A program made the translations under genes and the position numbers. A DNA stretch of 64,000 nt from Nitrosarchaeum sp. (GTDB lineage Archaea > Thermoproteota > Nitrososphaeria > Nitrososphaerales > Nitrosopumilaceae), in NCBI GenBank assembly GCA_965223865.1, contig OZ245020.1, positions 224,001 to 288,000 on the forward strand. Reading direction: 5' to 3'. The stretch's first letter is position 1. Each line of letters opens with the position of its first letter. The notes beneath the pieces were generated by a model. The model ran no database searches. It saw only the letters and a list, made by a program, of their open reading frames with translations, and was not told the origin of the DNA. This document shows, piece after piece, positions 1-10,268 of the stretch.

Positions 1-1
1 T

Positions 2-460
2 AATTCAAAAAATTTAACAAATGATAATCCTGCATTAAATTTAGCAGAGTGGATTTCAGGAATTCCTTTAATTTATTATCCTGCAGGATTGCAGGCAGCA
101 GCAATAAGATTCAAAAATTCATTACAAGAAAATGCGAAATTGCATGCAATCACTGAAGATATTGTTGAGTCTTCTCATAATGGGATTGTTTCATGGGAAC
201 GACAGAGTAATGTAATTCCAATAATGATTGAGGGTGCAGACGATTATATTAAAACAAAGGAGAGATGGAAAATTATTAAGAGATTTTTTGATGAAAAGAA
301 AATAAGTTATAGAGAAATTTTTTCCGGCAATGGCAGTATTCTTACAAAATTAGTAAGATTGGTGTATATTTTGGATTATGCTTCTATATACAAAGCTGCA
401 TTATTAGGAATTGATCCTACTCCTGTAAAATCAATTGAATTTATGAAAGATAAATTATAA
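2..460 (+). CDS. Bifunctional phosphoglucose/phosphomannose isomerase (SIS domain), C-terminal part; 5' end outside window
   Basis: Frame is open from base 2. RFKNSLQENAK, ESSHN and D-Y-A-S...GIDPTPV motifs match the archaeal PGI/PMI C-terminal SIS domain. Confidence 0.8.
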   Translation, partial: NSKNLTNDNPALNLAEWISGIPLIYYPAGLQAAAIRFKNSLQENAKLHAITEDIVESSHNGIVSWERQSNVIPIMIEGADDYIKTKERWKIIKRFFDEKKISYREIFSGNGSILTKLVRLVYILDYASIYKAALLGIDPTPVKSIEFMKDKL

Positions 461-631
461 TTTCTAACTTGAATTTTTTTGTTACTTTATTGGTATTTGT
501 AATATTTTCAAAACAGAACCTGAAATGCTGGGTTGATTAGTTAGAAAAGTGATTCAATACCATATTTGTAATCTATATGCTAAATGGCAAAATTTAATGG
601 TAATTACTAGAAATATTCCGTGTAAAGAATA

Positions 632-1027
632 ATGAATTCAAATTGGTTTAGAAGACGTTGGTTTGATTTTAGATTAGGGCATAGTGTCTATTTGATATTT
701 TTACTATCATTTTCAAATTTTATACTGATTTTCCATAGATTGTTAATAGAGAGAGTAGATTTTCTAAACAATATTTTTTCAGATTTATGGATGTTTATTC
801 TTCTATTTGTTGTTGTATATTTTCCAATAGCAATTGTAGTTGGAGCATGGCACAGAAAAACTCAGATAAAAATTGAAAATGAACAAGCACTTTTGAATAA
901 TCCATTCATGGCAAGAAATTTTAGAATGATGATCGATATTATTGAAGGAAAAGCATCAAAAGATGAAATTCAAAAATTTAGAGAGTTTTTGACTAAAATT
1001 GAAAAAAAATCAGATTATGATTTTTAG
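632..1027 (+). CDS. Hypothetical membrane protein (2 TM)
   Basis: 131-aa ORF with two hydrophobic segments and an ATG start after an AT-rich promoter region. Confidence 0.7.
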   Translation: MNSNWFRRRWFDFRLGHSVYLIFLLSFSNFILIFHRLLIERVDFLNNIFSDLWMFILLFVVVYFPIAIVVGAWHRKTQIKIENEQALLNNPFMARNFRMMIDIIEGKASKDEIQKFREFLTKIEKKSDYDF

Positions 1028-1148
1028 TTAAATTATAAACAAGAATATCATCAAATAACTGAATTCATTTTTTGTTTTATTTCACTAAGTTGTAATTTAC
1101 ATAGAAATAAAGTGCTATTGTATTTTTTAAAGATGAACCAAAATATGA

Positions 1149-3284
1149 TTAATTTAATTTGATTGATATTTGTTGATAGTCTTTGTTTACTTCATAAACA
1201 AAGACTCCTATCATTGGACCTGATTTTTCATTTATGTATCCAGGAGAAGAATAAACTAATTTTAAGGGTCCATTTCCATCAGAGGGAAACTTGATCTCTT
1301 TTACATAAATGGGTGTTAATCCAGGAAAGTAAGTATCAGATTGTATGTTACTATTTAGAAGATCAACATAACCAATAACGGTAAATGGAAACATTTGGCC
1401 TAATAGAGTATTGTTCCAAAAATAATCAGTTCCGCTTATTCCATCTGAATAAAGATATTTTTCTAGTGGTTCTTCAGCAATTCTCATAAACCACTGCTTT
1501 TTAGACTCATCTCCACCACCTTCAAGAAGATATAGAGATTCTTCTGAAATAACATCAATTTTTTGTCCTGCTACAAAGACTAGTACATAATCAGCATCCA
1601 TTTCTTCTAACATTCTCCAAGCCTCATCAGGGGGGCTAAGAAACATTTTTGCAATTTCAGAAATTTTTTTGGAATCTATTGTTGCATTGTCTGCTACAGT
1701 TGTCCTTTCTGATAACGTAGTAATCCAATACCCATAATCCCACCAACCAGCAATCACTGAATCCTCTGGAGTATTTTCCTTTATCCAATGTAAGGAATCT
1801 TTCCAATCATCAGTAACAATAGGGTATACAGATCCACCATTTAGAATCGTTGCAGGATTTTTTACACTGTCAATCCAATTTCCATTTGCCGGTATAATTA
1901 GTGGAGAAAAAAGTAGAATAGTTATCACTATAAAATATGAAATCTTTGCAGTACTTTTGATTTGGAGTTCAGGATTTCGTTGAAAAGTTTCTTTTGTAAG
2001 AAGAGATAAACCAAGGGATGCGAGAATTATGATTGAAACTGATGCAAAAACTTCTAGACGAACAAATGTTGAACTTACATATACTCCCATTAGGCCGATT
2101 ATCAGGGTAAATCCTATCAAATCATTATTTTGATTATTAAATTTTCTACGTAGAAGTAGCCATACTCCAATTCCAGCAAAAATTATCAATATTGAGTGAA
2201 AGAAGAATGATTGTGCTAAGTTTGTGGTGGCATGTTCTGAAACAGAATCAACTAGAGGATCGGTAGTAGTAAGGAATGGATTAATGGCATTAAGATATCG
2301 ATAGCTTGGTAGAGGTAAGAATTCAGTATCAATATTTACGACAATTAAAACAGAACCAATTGTTATGATTATAAATAGAAAAATTAGTCCATTCCTTGTT
2401 TGATTTTTAGTATTGCTAATCTTTTGAATAATTGTATTAGTTACTAGAAATATAGTTGGAACGATAAGTGAGAATCCTCCTAATCCAAAAACAAATTCCA
2501 TTCCTGGCCTCTCAAATAAACCAGCAGTAATCAGAAAAGAGGTTACAAACAGTGGAATGCTCCAGATTAAGAAAGAATGATCCTTTCTAAGAAAGGGAAG
2601 AACAAGAATAAAAATTCCAATAGGAATTACAAAAAATTGAATGCCACCCCAAGAAGATAATCCAAATGACAACAGAACTCCTCCTGCAACTAATTTTGAA
2701 ATTGTAACTTTCTTATTTTCAGATTTGATTCCGCTGAGAAACAGATACAATCCAAGTAATCCATAAAAAAGTCCCAAAGGTTCTGATTTGAACCAACCAA
2801 TTGTACCTCTAATTACGATTGGAATCGATACTGAGAAAAATAATGCAGCAAAGAGACCTGCGGTTGTTCCACCAATTACCCTAACTAGTGCAAAAATAAT
2901 AATTGTAGTCAAGGATCCAAATACTACCGGAAATAAGATGGTAAAATCATAAAGACTTGAATTTCCTCCAAAAAATTGATAGGTCAAAGCAGCAGTTATG
3001 TGAAGCATTGTTTGTGAAGTTGCAGAGACATCTCTTCCATTGGGATGCCAGCTCATATCATCGTGCCAACTAAAATATGCAGATGGACCGTTTTCTAGAA
3101 GATATTGAGTTGCTCTGAAATTAAAAAAAGGATCAAATTCGTTTAGTTCATATCCATACTCAGCCCCTTGGGAACGAATCATAAATGAAATTGAGAAGGC
3201 AATTATCAAAATTCCAATTACAAGTAAATGGCGTAACTTAAAGTCAAAATTTCCAATTTTGACTTGGTTAGAATATGAATGCAA
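1149..3284 (-). CDS. aglB: Oligosaccharyltransferase AglB (STT3 family)
   Basis: Multi-TM N-terminus with EFDPF, SVSEH, catalytic WWDYG and DNAT motifs. Confidence 0.95.
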   Translation of the reverse strand: MHSYSNQVKIGNFDFKLRHLLVIGILIIAFSISFMIRSQGAEYGYELNEFDPFFNFRATQYLLENGPSAYFSWHDDMSWHPNGRDVSATSQTMLHITAALTYQFFGGNSSLYDFTILFPVVFGSLTTIIIFALVRVIGGTTAGLFAALFFSVSIPIVIRGTIGWFKSEPLGLFYGLLGLYLFLSGIKSENKKVTISKLVAGGVLLSFGLSSWGGIQFFVIPIGIFILVLPFLRKDHSFLIWSIPLFVTSFLITAGLFERPGMEFVFGLGGFSLIVPTIFLVTNTIIQKISNTKNQTRNGLIFLFIIITIGSVLIVVNIDTEFLPLPSYRYLNAINPFLTTTDPLVDSVSEHATTNLAQSFFFHSILIIFAGIGVWLLLRRKFNNQNNDLIGFTLIIGLMGVYVSSTFVRLEVFASVSIIILASLGLSLLTKETFQRNPELQIKSTAKISYFIVITILLFSPLIIPANGNWIDSVKNPATILNGGSVYPIVTDDWKDSLHWIKENTPEDSVIAGWWDYGYWITTLSERTTVADNATIDSKKISEIAKMFLSPPDEAWRMLEEMDADYVLVFVAGQKIDVISEESLYLLEGGGDESKKQWFMRIAEEPLEKYLYSDGISGTDYFWNNTLLGQMFPFTVIGYVDLLNSNIQSDTYFPGLTPIYVKEIKFPSDGNGPLKLVYSSPGYINEKSGPMIGVFVYEVNKDYQQISIKLN

Positions 3285-3360
3285 TCATTTTCGTGTTACC
3301 TAGATTCTTTATTACGCTTTTGTAGAACTGATAACAAAAGTTGATAGATTGTAAATTGTT

Positions 3361-5040
3361 CTACATAACAGCTTGTGCTGCATCGTGGAACATCTGACTT
3401 TTTGCACAGCCAGCAGCAAGTTCATCACCTGCGCCACGTCTCATAAGACCTCTGTAAAGACCATCTTCTAGTTTGACACCTTCTCTTTGTTCCCATTCCT
3501 CTACTGTAATAGAGTATTTCTTTTGGATTCTATCTCTATACCATTCTGGAATTACATTAAATGCACAAAATGGAACTATTCTAAGGTCCGGAGTAAGATA
3601 GTGAATATCACATCTTTGTAACCTTTCCAAGTCTTCATTGTATTTGTCTTGAAAGTGCATCATACCAAGGAATAATCCTTTGACATGCCATGAACCAACT
3701 GCATCAAATGATCTCTTCATAAGGATATTACCAAACATCTTTGCCAAATCTAATCCTGCCGGTTGTTTCTTGGAATCAACAAATCCCTTGAGTTTTCTTA
3801 CAACTTCAAGCATTGTAAAGTACTTGTTTTTACCAGAACGAATCTCTTCTGCTTTATCTTCGAAGAGTTCTAGTATTCCTTGAATGTCACAGAATTTTGT
3901 TAATGGAACAAACTTCTTTGTTTCTTCATCTTCAAAGATGTATGTCCCTGCACCACAAGCAAAGTGAATTGATAATTCATACTTTGGTTTGCTTGAAAAT
4001 GCCTCAATTACATTTGTTAGTGGCATGCAACTTGGAACTGGGAACCAGTCATCAACTGTTACTTCACCATTTGTTTGCTCTTCAATTCTTTGGATACAAT
4101 CAGGAACTGTGATTCTATATTTTTCACGTTCGGATTTACCCATTCTACCAGTTAGTGATACTGGTTGGAAATTTACAGCATGAACCACATCCATGTTCTT
4201 TTGAGCATATCTGATTATTCCACCTAATTCATGATCATTAATTGATTTGATAACAGTTGGAACAAATACTACTGTAGTTCCTGTTTTTCTGCAACTATCA
4301 AGTGCATATGGAATTTCCCAGTGATTCTTTGGGTTTGTTCTTGCGGTTACACCATCAAAACTAAGATACAAGTTGTTACATCCGGCAAGTCTTACTTCTC
4401 TTGCAGCCTCTGGATCCATTGCATGTCTGATACCATTGGTGTTCATTTGTATGTGATCAACACCTTCTTCTTTCATAATTTTGATAACATCAGTAATATC
4501 ATCTCTAAGCATTGGTTCACCACCAGTAATTTGCATAGAGTTTCCTGGAATTGGTCTTTCAGCCTTTAGAGTTTTCATCATTGCTCTGACTTGAGTGTGA
4601 TCTGGTTCATACATGTAGGCGCCTTCAAGACCTTTCTTTACATAAAAAAAGCAATACCAACATGTCAAGTCACATCTATTGGTAACAATCATGTTTGCAA
4701 GTCCACTGTGAGATAGGTGGTTTGAACATAATCCGCAGTTATTTGGACATGAGCATTTGTCAATCATTACGTTTGGAGCATGAGCACCTTTGCCATCCAT
4801 CCAATAGGTACTGAATTTCTTGTACATCTCATAGGAACCAAAGTATAGTTCCTCACATTCTCCGTGGGTTGGACAAATCTTTGACATGTAGACTTTGTTA
4901 TCTCTTTCAAAGACTTCAGCGTCTAAAATCATGTTACAATCTGGACAAATACTTTGAGTAAATCTAATAGTGGATTTCTTTCCTAGACTTTTAGTGGATT
5001 GGTTTGAAATTTGAATTAGTGCCATGCCTACATTGGGCAA
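3361..5040 (-). CDS. tes: Radical SAM tetraether (GDGT) lipid synthase Tes / MJ0619 family
   Basis: N-terminal TQSICPDC...CPTHG, Cys cluster CPNNCGLC, CxxxCxxC (CDLTCWYC), C-terminal FQDKYN..ERLQRCDIHY..PFC. Confidence 0.85.
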   Translation of the reverse strand: MPNVGMALIQISNQSTKSLGKKSTIRFTQSICPDCNMILDAEVFERDNKVYMSKICPTHGECEELYFGSYEMYKKFSTYWMDGKGAHAPNVMIDKCSCPNNCGLCSNHLSHSGLANMIVTNRCDLTCWYCFFYVKKGLEGAYMYEPDHTQVRAMMKTLKAERPIPGNSMQITGGEPMLRDDITDVIKIMKEEGVDHIQMNTNGIRHAMDPEAAREVRLAGCNNLYLSFDGVTARTNPKNHWEIPYALDSCRKTGTTVVFVPTVIKSINDHELGGIIRYAQKNMDVVHAVNFQPVSLTGRMGKSEREKYRITVPDCIQRIEEQTNGEVTVDDWFPVPSCMPLTNVIEAFSSKPKYELSIHFACGAGTYIFEDEETKKFVPLTKFCDIQGILELFEDKAEEIRSGKNKYFTMLEVVRKLKGFVDSKKQPAGLDLAKMFGNILMKRSFDAVGSWHVKGLFLGMMHFQDKYNEDLERLQRCDIHYLTPDLRIVPFCAFNVIPEWYRDRIQKKYSITVEEWEQREGVKLEDGLYRGLMRRGAGDELAAGCAKSQMFHDAAQAVM

Positions 5041-5141
5041 TTTTCAGAAATAGTATATAATGCATTTCACACTTGCCCCCGTGTGGAATTTAGGATGTAA
5101 GCATATCTGATTTAAATATCAAAACTGATCGATTAGATCGC

Positions 5142-5912
5142 ATGAGCATATCTGATAAAACAAGGAAGGCTCTAGAGAAAATTGGTCTAACAAGTTATGA
5201 GATCAGGACATTTTCATCATTGTTAAAAGCTGGAGGGTTAACAGCATCAGATCTTAGCCAAAAATCAGGTGTGCCCTATTCAAAAATTTACGAGGTGCTT
5301 GGAACATTGGAGGATAAGGGTTGGATTGGTTCGGATGATTCAAGGCCAACAAAATATTTTGCAAAGTCACCTGCTACTGGATTAGAAACAACAAAACAGA
5401 AAATGGAAAATGATTTTTCACAAAATCAAAGCGTTATTTTAAATGAACTTGTTCCACTATATGAAAAAAGTGGAACAAGTGAGAGACCTGATATTTGGGT
5501 GTTATCTGGTGCAATAAATATTGCAGCAAAAATTTTGGAAATGGTAGAAACTTGTAGAAATGAAGTAATGATTGCATTGCCCGAAGCTGGTGAAGAACTA
5601 GTTAAACAAGCATTACCAAAATTACGTTCACTGCACGACAAAGGAGTAGACATTACAATTCTTACGTCAGATAAAATGAATAAAGAATCAATCAAAGCAA
5701 TTTCAAGGGTTGCAACTGTAAAAATCAAAAAAGGATTGTTTGGTGGAGGAATAATCTCAGATAAACGTTATGTAGTAATTTTATTAGGACCACCTGAAAT
5801 GGGAGGAGTAAATTCTTCAGAAGTTGTTGCGATTTGGGCAGATCATGCAGGACTAGCAAGATTTGCACGACTGTACTTTGAATATTTATTAAAAGATTCG
5901 AAGAAGGTATGA
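5142..5912 (+). CDS. TrmB family transcriptional regulator
   Basis: N-terminal wHTH LGLTSYE...SGVPYSKIYEVL followed by a PLD-like effector domain. Confidence 0.9.
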   Translation: MSISDKTRKALEKIGLTSYEIRTFSSLLKAGGLTASDLSQKSGVPYSKIYEVLGTLEDKGWIGSDDSRPTKYFAKSPATGLETTKQKMENDFSQNQSVILNELVPLYEKSGTSERPDIWVLSGAINIAAKILEMVETCRNEVMIALPEAGEELVKQALPKLRSLHDKGVDITILTSDKMNKESIKAISRVATVKIKKGLFGGGIISDKRYVVILLGPPEMGGVNSSEVVAIWADHAGLARFARLYFEYLLKDSKKV

Positions 5913-5913
5913 T

Positions 5914-6363
5914 ATGGACGAAGAAAACGAAGAGACTCTTTTTGTAGGAACTGCAGAAGCTGAACATGTAGAGATGTATCTTAAGGCAATTTGGCACATA
6001 AAGGAGAGAGGAGAAGAAGTTAAAATTAGTACTATTGCAAAAATGCTAAATGTAAGACAGCCAAGTGTTGTTCAAATGCTCAAAAAACTAAATGGTCAAA
6101 ATCTTGTAAATTACAACAAGGCAGGGGTTACACTTACTGAAGATGGTGAAAGAATAGGCGCTAGTATGATGAGAAATAGTAGATTACTTGAAGTTTTGAT
6201 GGATAGTGCACTCAAAGTTGAAATTGATGAAGAGATGGTTTGCGGAATTGAACATCACATGAATAAACAATTTACTGATGCACTTTGTACTATGCTAAAG
6301 CATCCAAGAATGTGCCCACATGATCATGAAATTCCAATGGGTGAATGCTGCAAGTTAGCATAA
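5914..6363 (+). CDS. DtxR/MntR family metal-dependent repressor
   Basis: EMYLKAIW, PSVVQMLKKL, IEHH and CPHDHEIP motifs. Confidence 0.9.
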   Translation: MDEENEETLFVGTAEAEHVEMYLKAIWHIKERGEEVKISTIAKMLNVRQPSVVQMLKKLNGQNLVNYNKAGVTLTEDGERIGASMMRNSRLLEVLMDSALKVEIDEEMVCGIEHHMNKQFTDALCTMLKHPRMCPHDHEIPMGECCKLA

Positions 6364-6419
6364 ATTCAAAGTAATTTTTTATCCCAAGAGATATATCATC
6401 TAGTAATTTAGAAAAAAAC

Positions 6420-6584
6420 ATGGCGTGTTTCTGTGGATGTGAAACATATCAAAAAGATGATAATGGTTTCAAAGTTGCTTGTGTAAAATGTGGTCATGGA
6501 CCGCAGAATCATGATAATGAGTTTAGAGAGGCTGCAAGAAAGAATGAATCACAAAGTCAGAAACGTGATGCAGATTTTGGATGA
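6420..6584 (+). CDS. Small Cys/His protein (54 aa; MACFCGC...CVKCGHGPQNH...), not in ORF track
   Basis: Translated by hand: ATG 6420 to TGA 6582-6584. CxCxC and CxxCxH...H motifs; fills the gap exactly up to the yjbQ stop. Confidence 0.7.
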   Translation: MACFCGCETYQKDDNGFKVACVKCGHGPQNHDNEFREAARKNESQSQKRDADFG

Positions 6585-7004
6585 TTATTCGCCAATTATT
6601 TTTACTAAAACTCTTTTTGGACGTCTACCATCAAATTCTCCATAGAAAATTTGTTCCCAAGGACCAAAATCTAGTTCTCCATTAGTAATTGCAACAACTA
6701 CTTCTCTTCCCATAACTTGTCGTTTAAGGTGAGCATCTGCATTGTCTTCACCAGTTTTGTTATGATCATACTGACTAATTGGTTCGTGTGGAGCTAGTCC
6801 TTCTAACCATTTTTCATAATCATTATGTAATCCAGTTTCATTGTCATTGATGAAAACACTTGCAGTTATGTGCATAGCATTAACAAGACAGAATCCCTCC
6901 TTCACTTTGCTTTTTGAAACTAATTTTCTAATATCAGGAGTGATATTCACAAAAGCTCTTCTAGTTTTTACATTAAATGTAAGATATTCTGTTAAGGATT
7001 TCAT
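6585..7004 (-). CDS. yjbQ: YjbQ / UPF0047 family protein
   Basis: [18 protein letters not shown] and [13 protein letters not shown] motifs. Confidence 0.92.
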   Translation of the reverse strand: MKSLTEYLTFNVKTRRAFVNITPDIRKLVSKSKVKEGFCLVNAMHITASVFINDNETGLHNDYEKWLEGLAPHEPISQYDHNKTGEDNADAHLKRQVMGREVVVAITNGELDFGPWEQIFYGEFDGRRPKRVLVKIIGE

Positions 7005-7039
7005 GAAATTAAATCATTATAGAGGAATAAAAATTCTGA

Positions 7040-7099
7040 GCAGGCTCAGAACTCAAGATCCTCATCATCACTCAAAGGGATAGGTTCATCACTGCCTGC
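7040..7099 (-). ncRNA. C/D-box 2'-O-methylation guide sRNA
   Basis: Minus strand reads GCAGGC-A-GTGATGA(C)-ACCTATCCCT-TTGA(D')-GTG-ATGATGA(C')-GGATCTTGAGTT-CTGA(D)-GCCTGC. All four boxes are present with a 6-bp terminal stem, in an intergenic location. Confidence 0.85.
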
Positions 7100-7174
7100 A
7101 AGGCATGATTTGGGAAAATAGTAATTGAGTCTTTCAAGAAGCTTGATAAATGGCAAGTTGTTTATTCATTCAAA

Positions 7175-7591
7175 ATGGTAACGATAGATACTCCAGCCTC
7201 ACTTGAAAGTTTTAGGAGATTCATCATTTCTAGTACCTGTAAGTCCTATGCTCCTAGAAGTTATTTGGATGATTTTGAGGTATTTGCTGAAAGAGAAGAT
7301 AACCTAGGTTCAATCTATGTTGAAGCAGCAGATAAGGTTACTCTAAAAAAAATTCGCGATATTACATTTGTTAATGCTAGAGATGTTCTAGGAATTATTT
7401 ATAATTCAAAGAGTGGAAATACCTCACTGAGATGGCGTCAAATTAAAAGAAACCATGGAAAAGTTACAGGCGAGGCATCTGCAAATTCATTAACAAATCT
7501 TGCCGAAGCAGGAGTTCTAACCCTAGATTGGGTAGAAAGTTATCTAAAGAAAAAAACTGAAGAAACAAAGACAAATGAAGTTACAAGTTAA
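7175..7591 (+). CDS. Hypothetical protein
   Basis: 138-aa ORF with typical codon usage, co-oriented with pelota. Confidence 0.75.
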   Translation: MVTIDTPASLESFRRFIISSTCKSYAPRSYLDDFEVFAEREDNLGSIYVEAADKVTLKKIRDITFVNARDVLGIIYNSKSGNTSLRWRQIKRNHGKVTGEASANSLTNLAEAGVLTLDWVESYLKKKTEETKTNEVTS

Positions 7592-7623
7592 ACCCTTTTC
7601 TTTTCATAAATAAATCCCCTATC

Positions 7624-8676
7624 ATGATTACAAAAACAATTGATGAAAATTCTATTTCATTAATTCCAGAGGATTCAGATGATCTATTGAATGCTCGCAG
7701 AGTAATTAGGGAAGGTGATAAAGTGATTGGAGATACAACTAGAGTAATAAAACAAGATAAAGAATATGCAAGACCAGATAGGGGAGAAAGAATCAAGGTC
7801 CGTGTTGCTCTTACTGTAGAAAAAATTTCACTTGATGATGTTCTAGACAGATTAAGAATAAGTGGCACAATATTAGAATCAAGTAATGAGGCAGTACCTC
7901 ATGGTTCACATCATTCATTTATTCTTAAAGTAAATGACGGCATAACAATTTCAAAGAAAAAATGGTTGCCTATAGAAAAAAGTTTGATTCAATCAAACAA
8001 TAAACAAATAGGATTCGTTTTAGTTGCAATAGATACAGCCGAATGTGGTATTGCAAGATTAAAAGGTACTCACATAGAATTTATTCCAAATATCTATTCT
8101 GGTTCAGGTGGAAAACGCTACAAAACAAATTTCAATATAGAAAAATTCTTTGAACAAATACAACAAGCAGTATTATCTATAATTAGGGATAAAGATTCGA
8201 TAATTATTTTTGGTCCAGGGGAGACAAAAAAGAGATTTGCAAACTTTCTTCAAAAACTATCATCAGCACAAAAATATAAAATTCAAAGTATAGAAGGAAT
8301 TGATTCTGGAGGCGAGGACGGAATTTACACCTTTACAAAATCAAAAGCCATGAAAGAAGTAATGTCTGAGAGCAAATTAGCCAAAGTTTCTGAAATAATT
8401 GATGAGGTGATGAAAAGGGCCAATCAGAAAAGCAGGAAATTTACCATGGGTTTTGATGAAACCGTACAAGCAAATGAATTTGGTGCAATAGAATCCCTTG
8501 TTTTCTCAGATAGCGCAATTCAAACAAATGATGAATCAAAAGTAATTGAATTTTTGAATGAGGCTGAAAATAAAGGGGTTAAAACATACAGCGTAGATTC
8601 TTCTACCGATGTAGGGCTAAGAGTAACAGGCCTAGGAGGAATTATTTCCTTGTTACGGTATGCAATTGAAGCTTAA
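7624..8676 (+). CDS. pelA: mRNA surveillance protein Pelota (eRF1 family)
   Basis: PEDSDDL, RLRISGTI, GSHH, GPG and GLGGIISLLRY motifs. Confidence 0.93.
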   Translation: MITKTIDENSISLIPEDSDDLLNARRVIREGDKVIGDTTRVIKQDKEYARPDRGERIKVRVALTVEKISLDDVLDRLRISGTILESSNEAVPHGSHHSFILKVNDGITISKKKWLPIEKSLIQSNNKQIGFVLVAIDTAECGIARLKGTHIEFIPNIYSGSGGKRYKTNFNIEKFFEQIQQAVLSIIRDKDSIIIFGPGETKKRFANFLQKLSSAQKYKIQSIEGIDSGGEDGIYTFTKSKAMKEVMSESKLAKVSEIIDEVMKRANQKSRKFTMGFDETVQANEFGAIESLVFSDSAIQTNDESKVIEFLNEAENKGVKTYSVDSSTDVGLRVTGLGGIISLLRYAIEA

Positions 8677-8984
8677 CTTGTAGAATCTATTAGCCATTTT
8701 AGATATGGTTGGTTTATTGAAGATATATCGATCTCGGCAATTTCTGGTACCTGATATGGATGAGTCTCTTTGATTTTCTCTTTGAGAATTTTTTTGTTTT
8801 TGTAAGTAGTTTTAAAAATAGCAATAAACTCTGAGGAGTTTTCAATTTTTCCTTCCCAAGAATAGATAGAAGAAATTTTTGTGATGTTCACACAAGCTAC
8901 AAGTTTTTTCTTTACTAATTGATTGGCAATGGAGGTAATTGATTTTTTGTTGGGATAAGTTGAGATAATCATTATTGGTTTCAT
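8673..8984 (-). CDS. cutA: Divalent-cation tolerance protein CutA
   Basis: LVACVN, SIYSWEGKIE, HPYQVPEI and YLKWL motifs. Confidence 0.93.
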   Translation of the reverse strand: MKPIMIISTYPNKKSITSIANQLVKKKLVACVNITKISSIYSWEGKIENSSEFIAIFKTTYKNKKILKEKIKETHPYQVPEIAEIDISSINQPYLKWLIDSTS

Positions 8985-9027
8985 AGTAACCGATAAATGT
9001 ACGTAGTTTAAAAAATTAACAACTAGT

Positions 9028-10224
9028 TTGGAACTTGATTTTATTACAGAAAATTCGATTATCTATGTCTTAATAGCTTGGGTTGCAATTATTGTAACTG
9101 CCAAAGTTTTAAAATTAGAAAGATATGGTTTTGAATTAAAAAGTTACAGTCTAGTATACAAAAATAAACAGGTACAGTCGGTTCTCACAAAAATTTTAGG
9201 AAGAACAAGAAGAGGAATTAGAGTTTTTGCTGATGTCAGTGTAATAGCTGGCTTTATCATGATGGGGTTTGCTTTTTGGTTTTTACTATCAAATGTTTCA
9301 AAGTTTTTTGTAGAGCCCTCAGAATTTGCAGAATTAACAGTGCTAATACCAGGAGTTACTTTAACATCCTCAGCATCAATTGTTAATTTCTTGCTCTCTA
9401 TTCCGATTGTTTTGGTAATTCATGAAGGAGCACATGGAATTGTTGCTACTCTTGAAAAAATAAAGATCAAAACAGGAGGCTTTGCGATATTTATTGCAAT
9501 GTTTGCAGGATTTGTTGAACCAGATGAAGAAGAGTTTAATAAAGCAAAAAAGATTTCAAAACTAAGAGTAATTGGTGCTGGTGCCACATCAAATGTAATT
9601 TTTGCATTTGCATTAGGTGCAATTCTTCTAACAAATCCGTTTTTTGCAATGATCTTACCAGAGCCATTGTTAAGCACATTTTATGATTTACCTGAAGGTG
9701 TTCTGATTCTATCAATAATTGAAAATTCTGGTGCAGAAAAAGCTGGATTGCTTGCAAATGATATTATTACATCAATAAATGACGTCCAAATTTTTAGTCC
9801 GATAGATTTTCCTGCGCTGAATCCTGGAGATACTGCAAGTGTTTCAGTTCTTAGAGATGGTCAACCCTTAGATTTCTCAGTTGAAATTATTCCTTCAGAA
9901 GATGATCCAGAAAGAGGACTAATTGGAATAATGAGAGATAACTCATTTGCCTACAAACCTGTTCTTGATTTTATTGAATGGAACAATCCTCAAGTCTCTA
10001 TGTTCCTGTTATGGTTATGGATGATTTCATTTTTTATTGGAATAATCAATATGCTTCCACTACCAATACTTGATGGGGGTAAATTTATTCATACAATTAT
10101 TGATAAGAGAATTTCAGATAGTGCCGTAAATGGATTAATGTGGGGAATTTACGCATTTACATTTGCACTATTTGGCCTAAATATTGCATTATCATATGTA
10201 AAATCAGGCTGGTTTACAATATAG
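9028..10224 (+). CDS. Site-2 protease (M50) with PDZ domain
   Basis: HEGAH zinc motif, GFVEP, PDZ insert and NMLPLPILDGG. Confidence 0.93.
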   Translation: MELDFITENSIIYVLIAWVAIIVTAKVLKLERYGFELKSYSLVYKNKQVQSVLTKILGRTRRGIRVFADVSVIAGFIMMGFAFWFLLSNVSKFFVEPSEFAELTVLIPGVTLTSSASIVNFLLSIPIVLVIHEGAHGIVATLEKIKIKTGGFAIFIAMFAGFVEPDEEEFNKAKKISKLRVIGAGATSNVIFAFALGAILLTNPFFAMILPEPLLSTFYDLPEGVLILSIIENSGAEKAGLLANDIITSINDVQIFSPIDFPALNPGDTASVSVLRDGQPLDFSVEIIPSEDDPERGLIGIMRDNSFAYKPVLDFIEWNNPQVSMFLLWLWMISFFIGIINMLPLPILDGGKFIHTIIDKRISDSAVNGLMWGIYAFTFALFGLNIALSYVKSGWFTI

Positions 10225-10268
10225 AAAATTCCTAAAGAATCATTAATGAAAAAATAATACCTACCATA

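Noticed and set aside
3680-4569. Short ORFs antisense to tes, and similar shadow ORFs inside cdc48, thermosome, dnaK and the ABC genes
   Set aside because: They are fully nested opposite well-supported genes and show no motifs.
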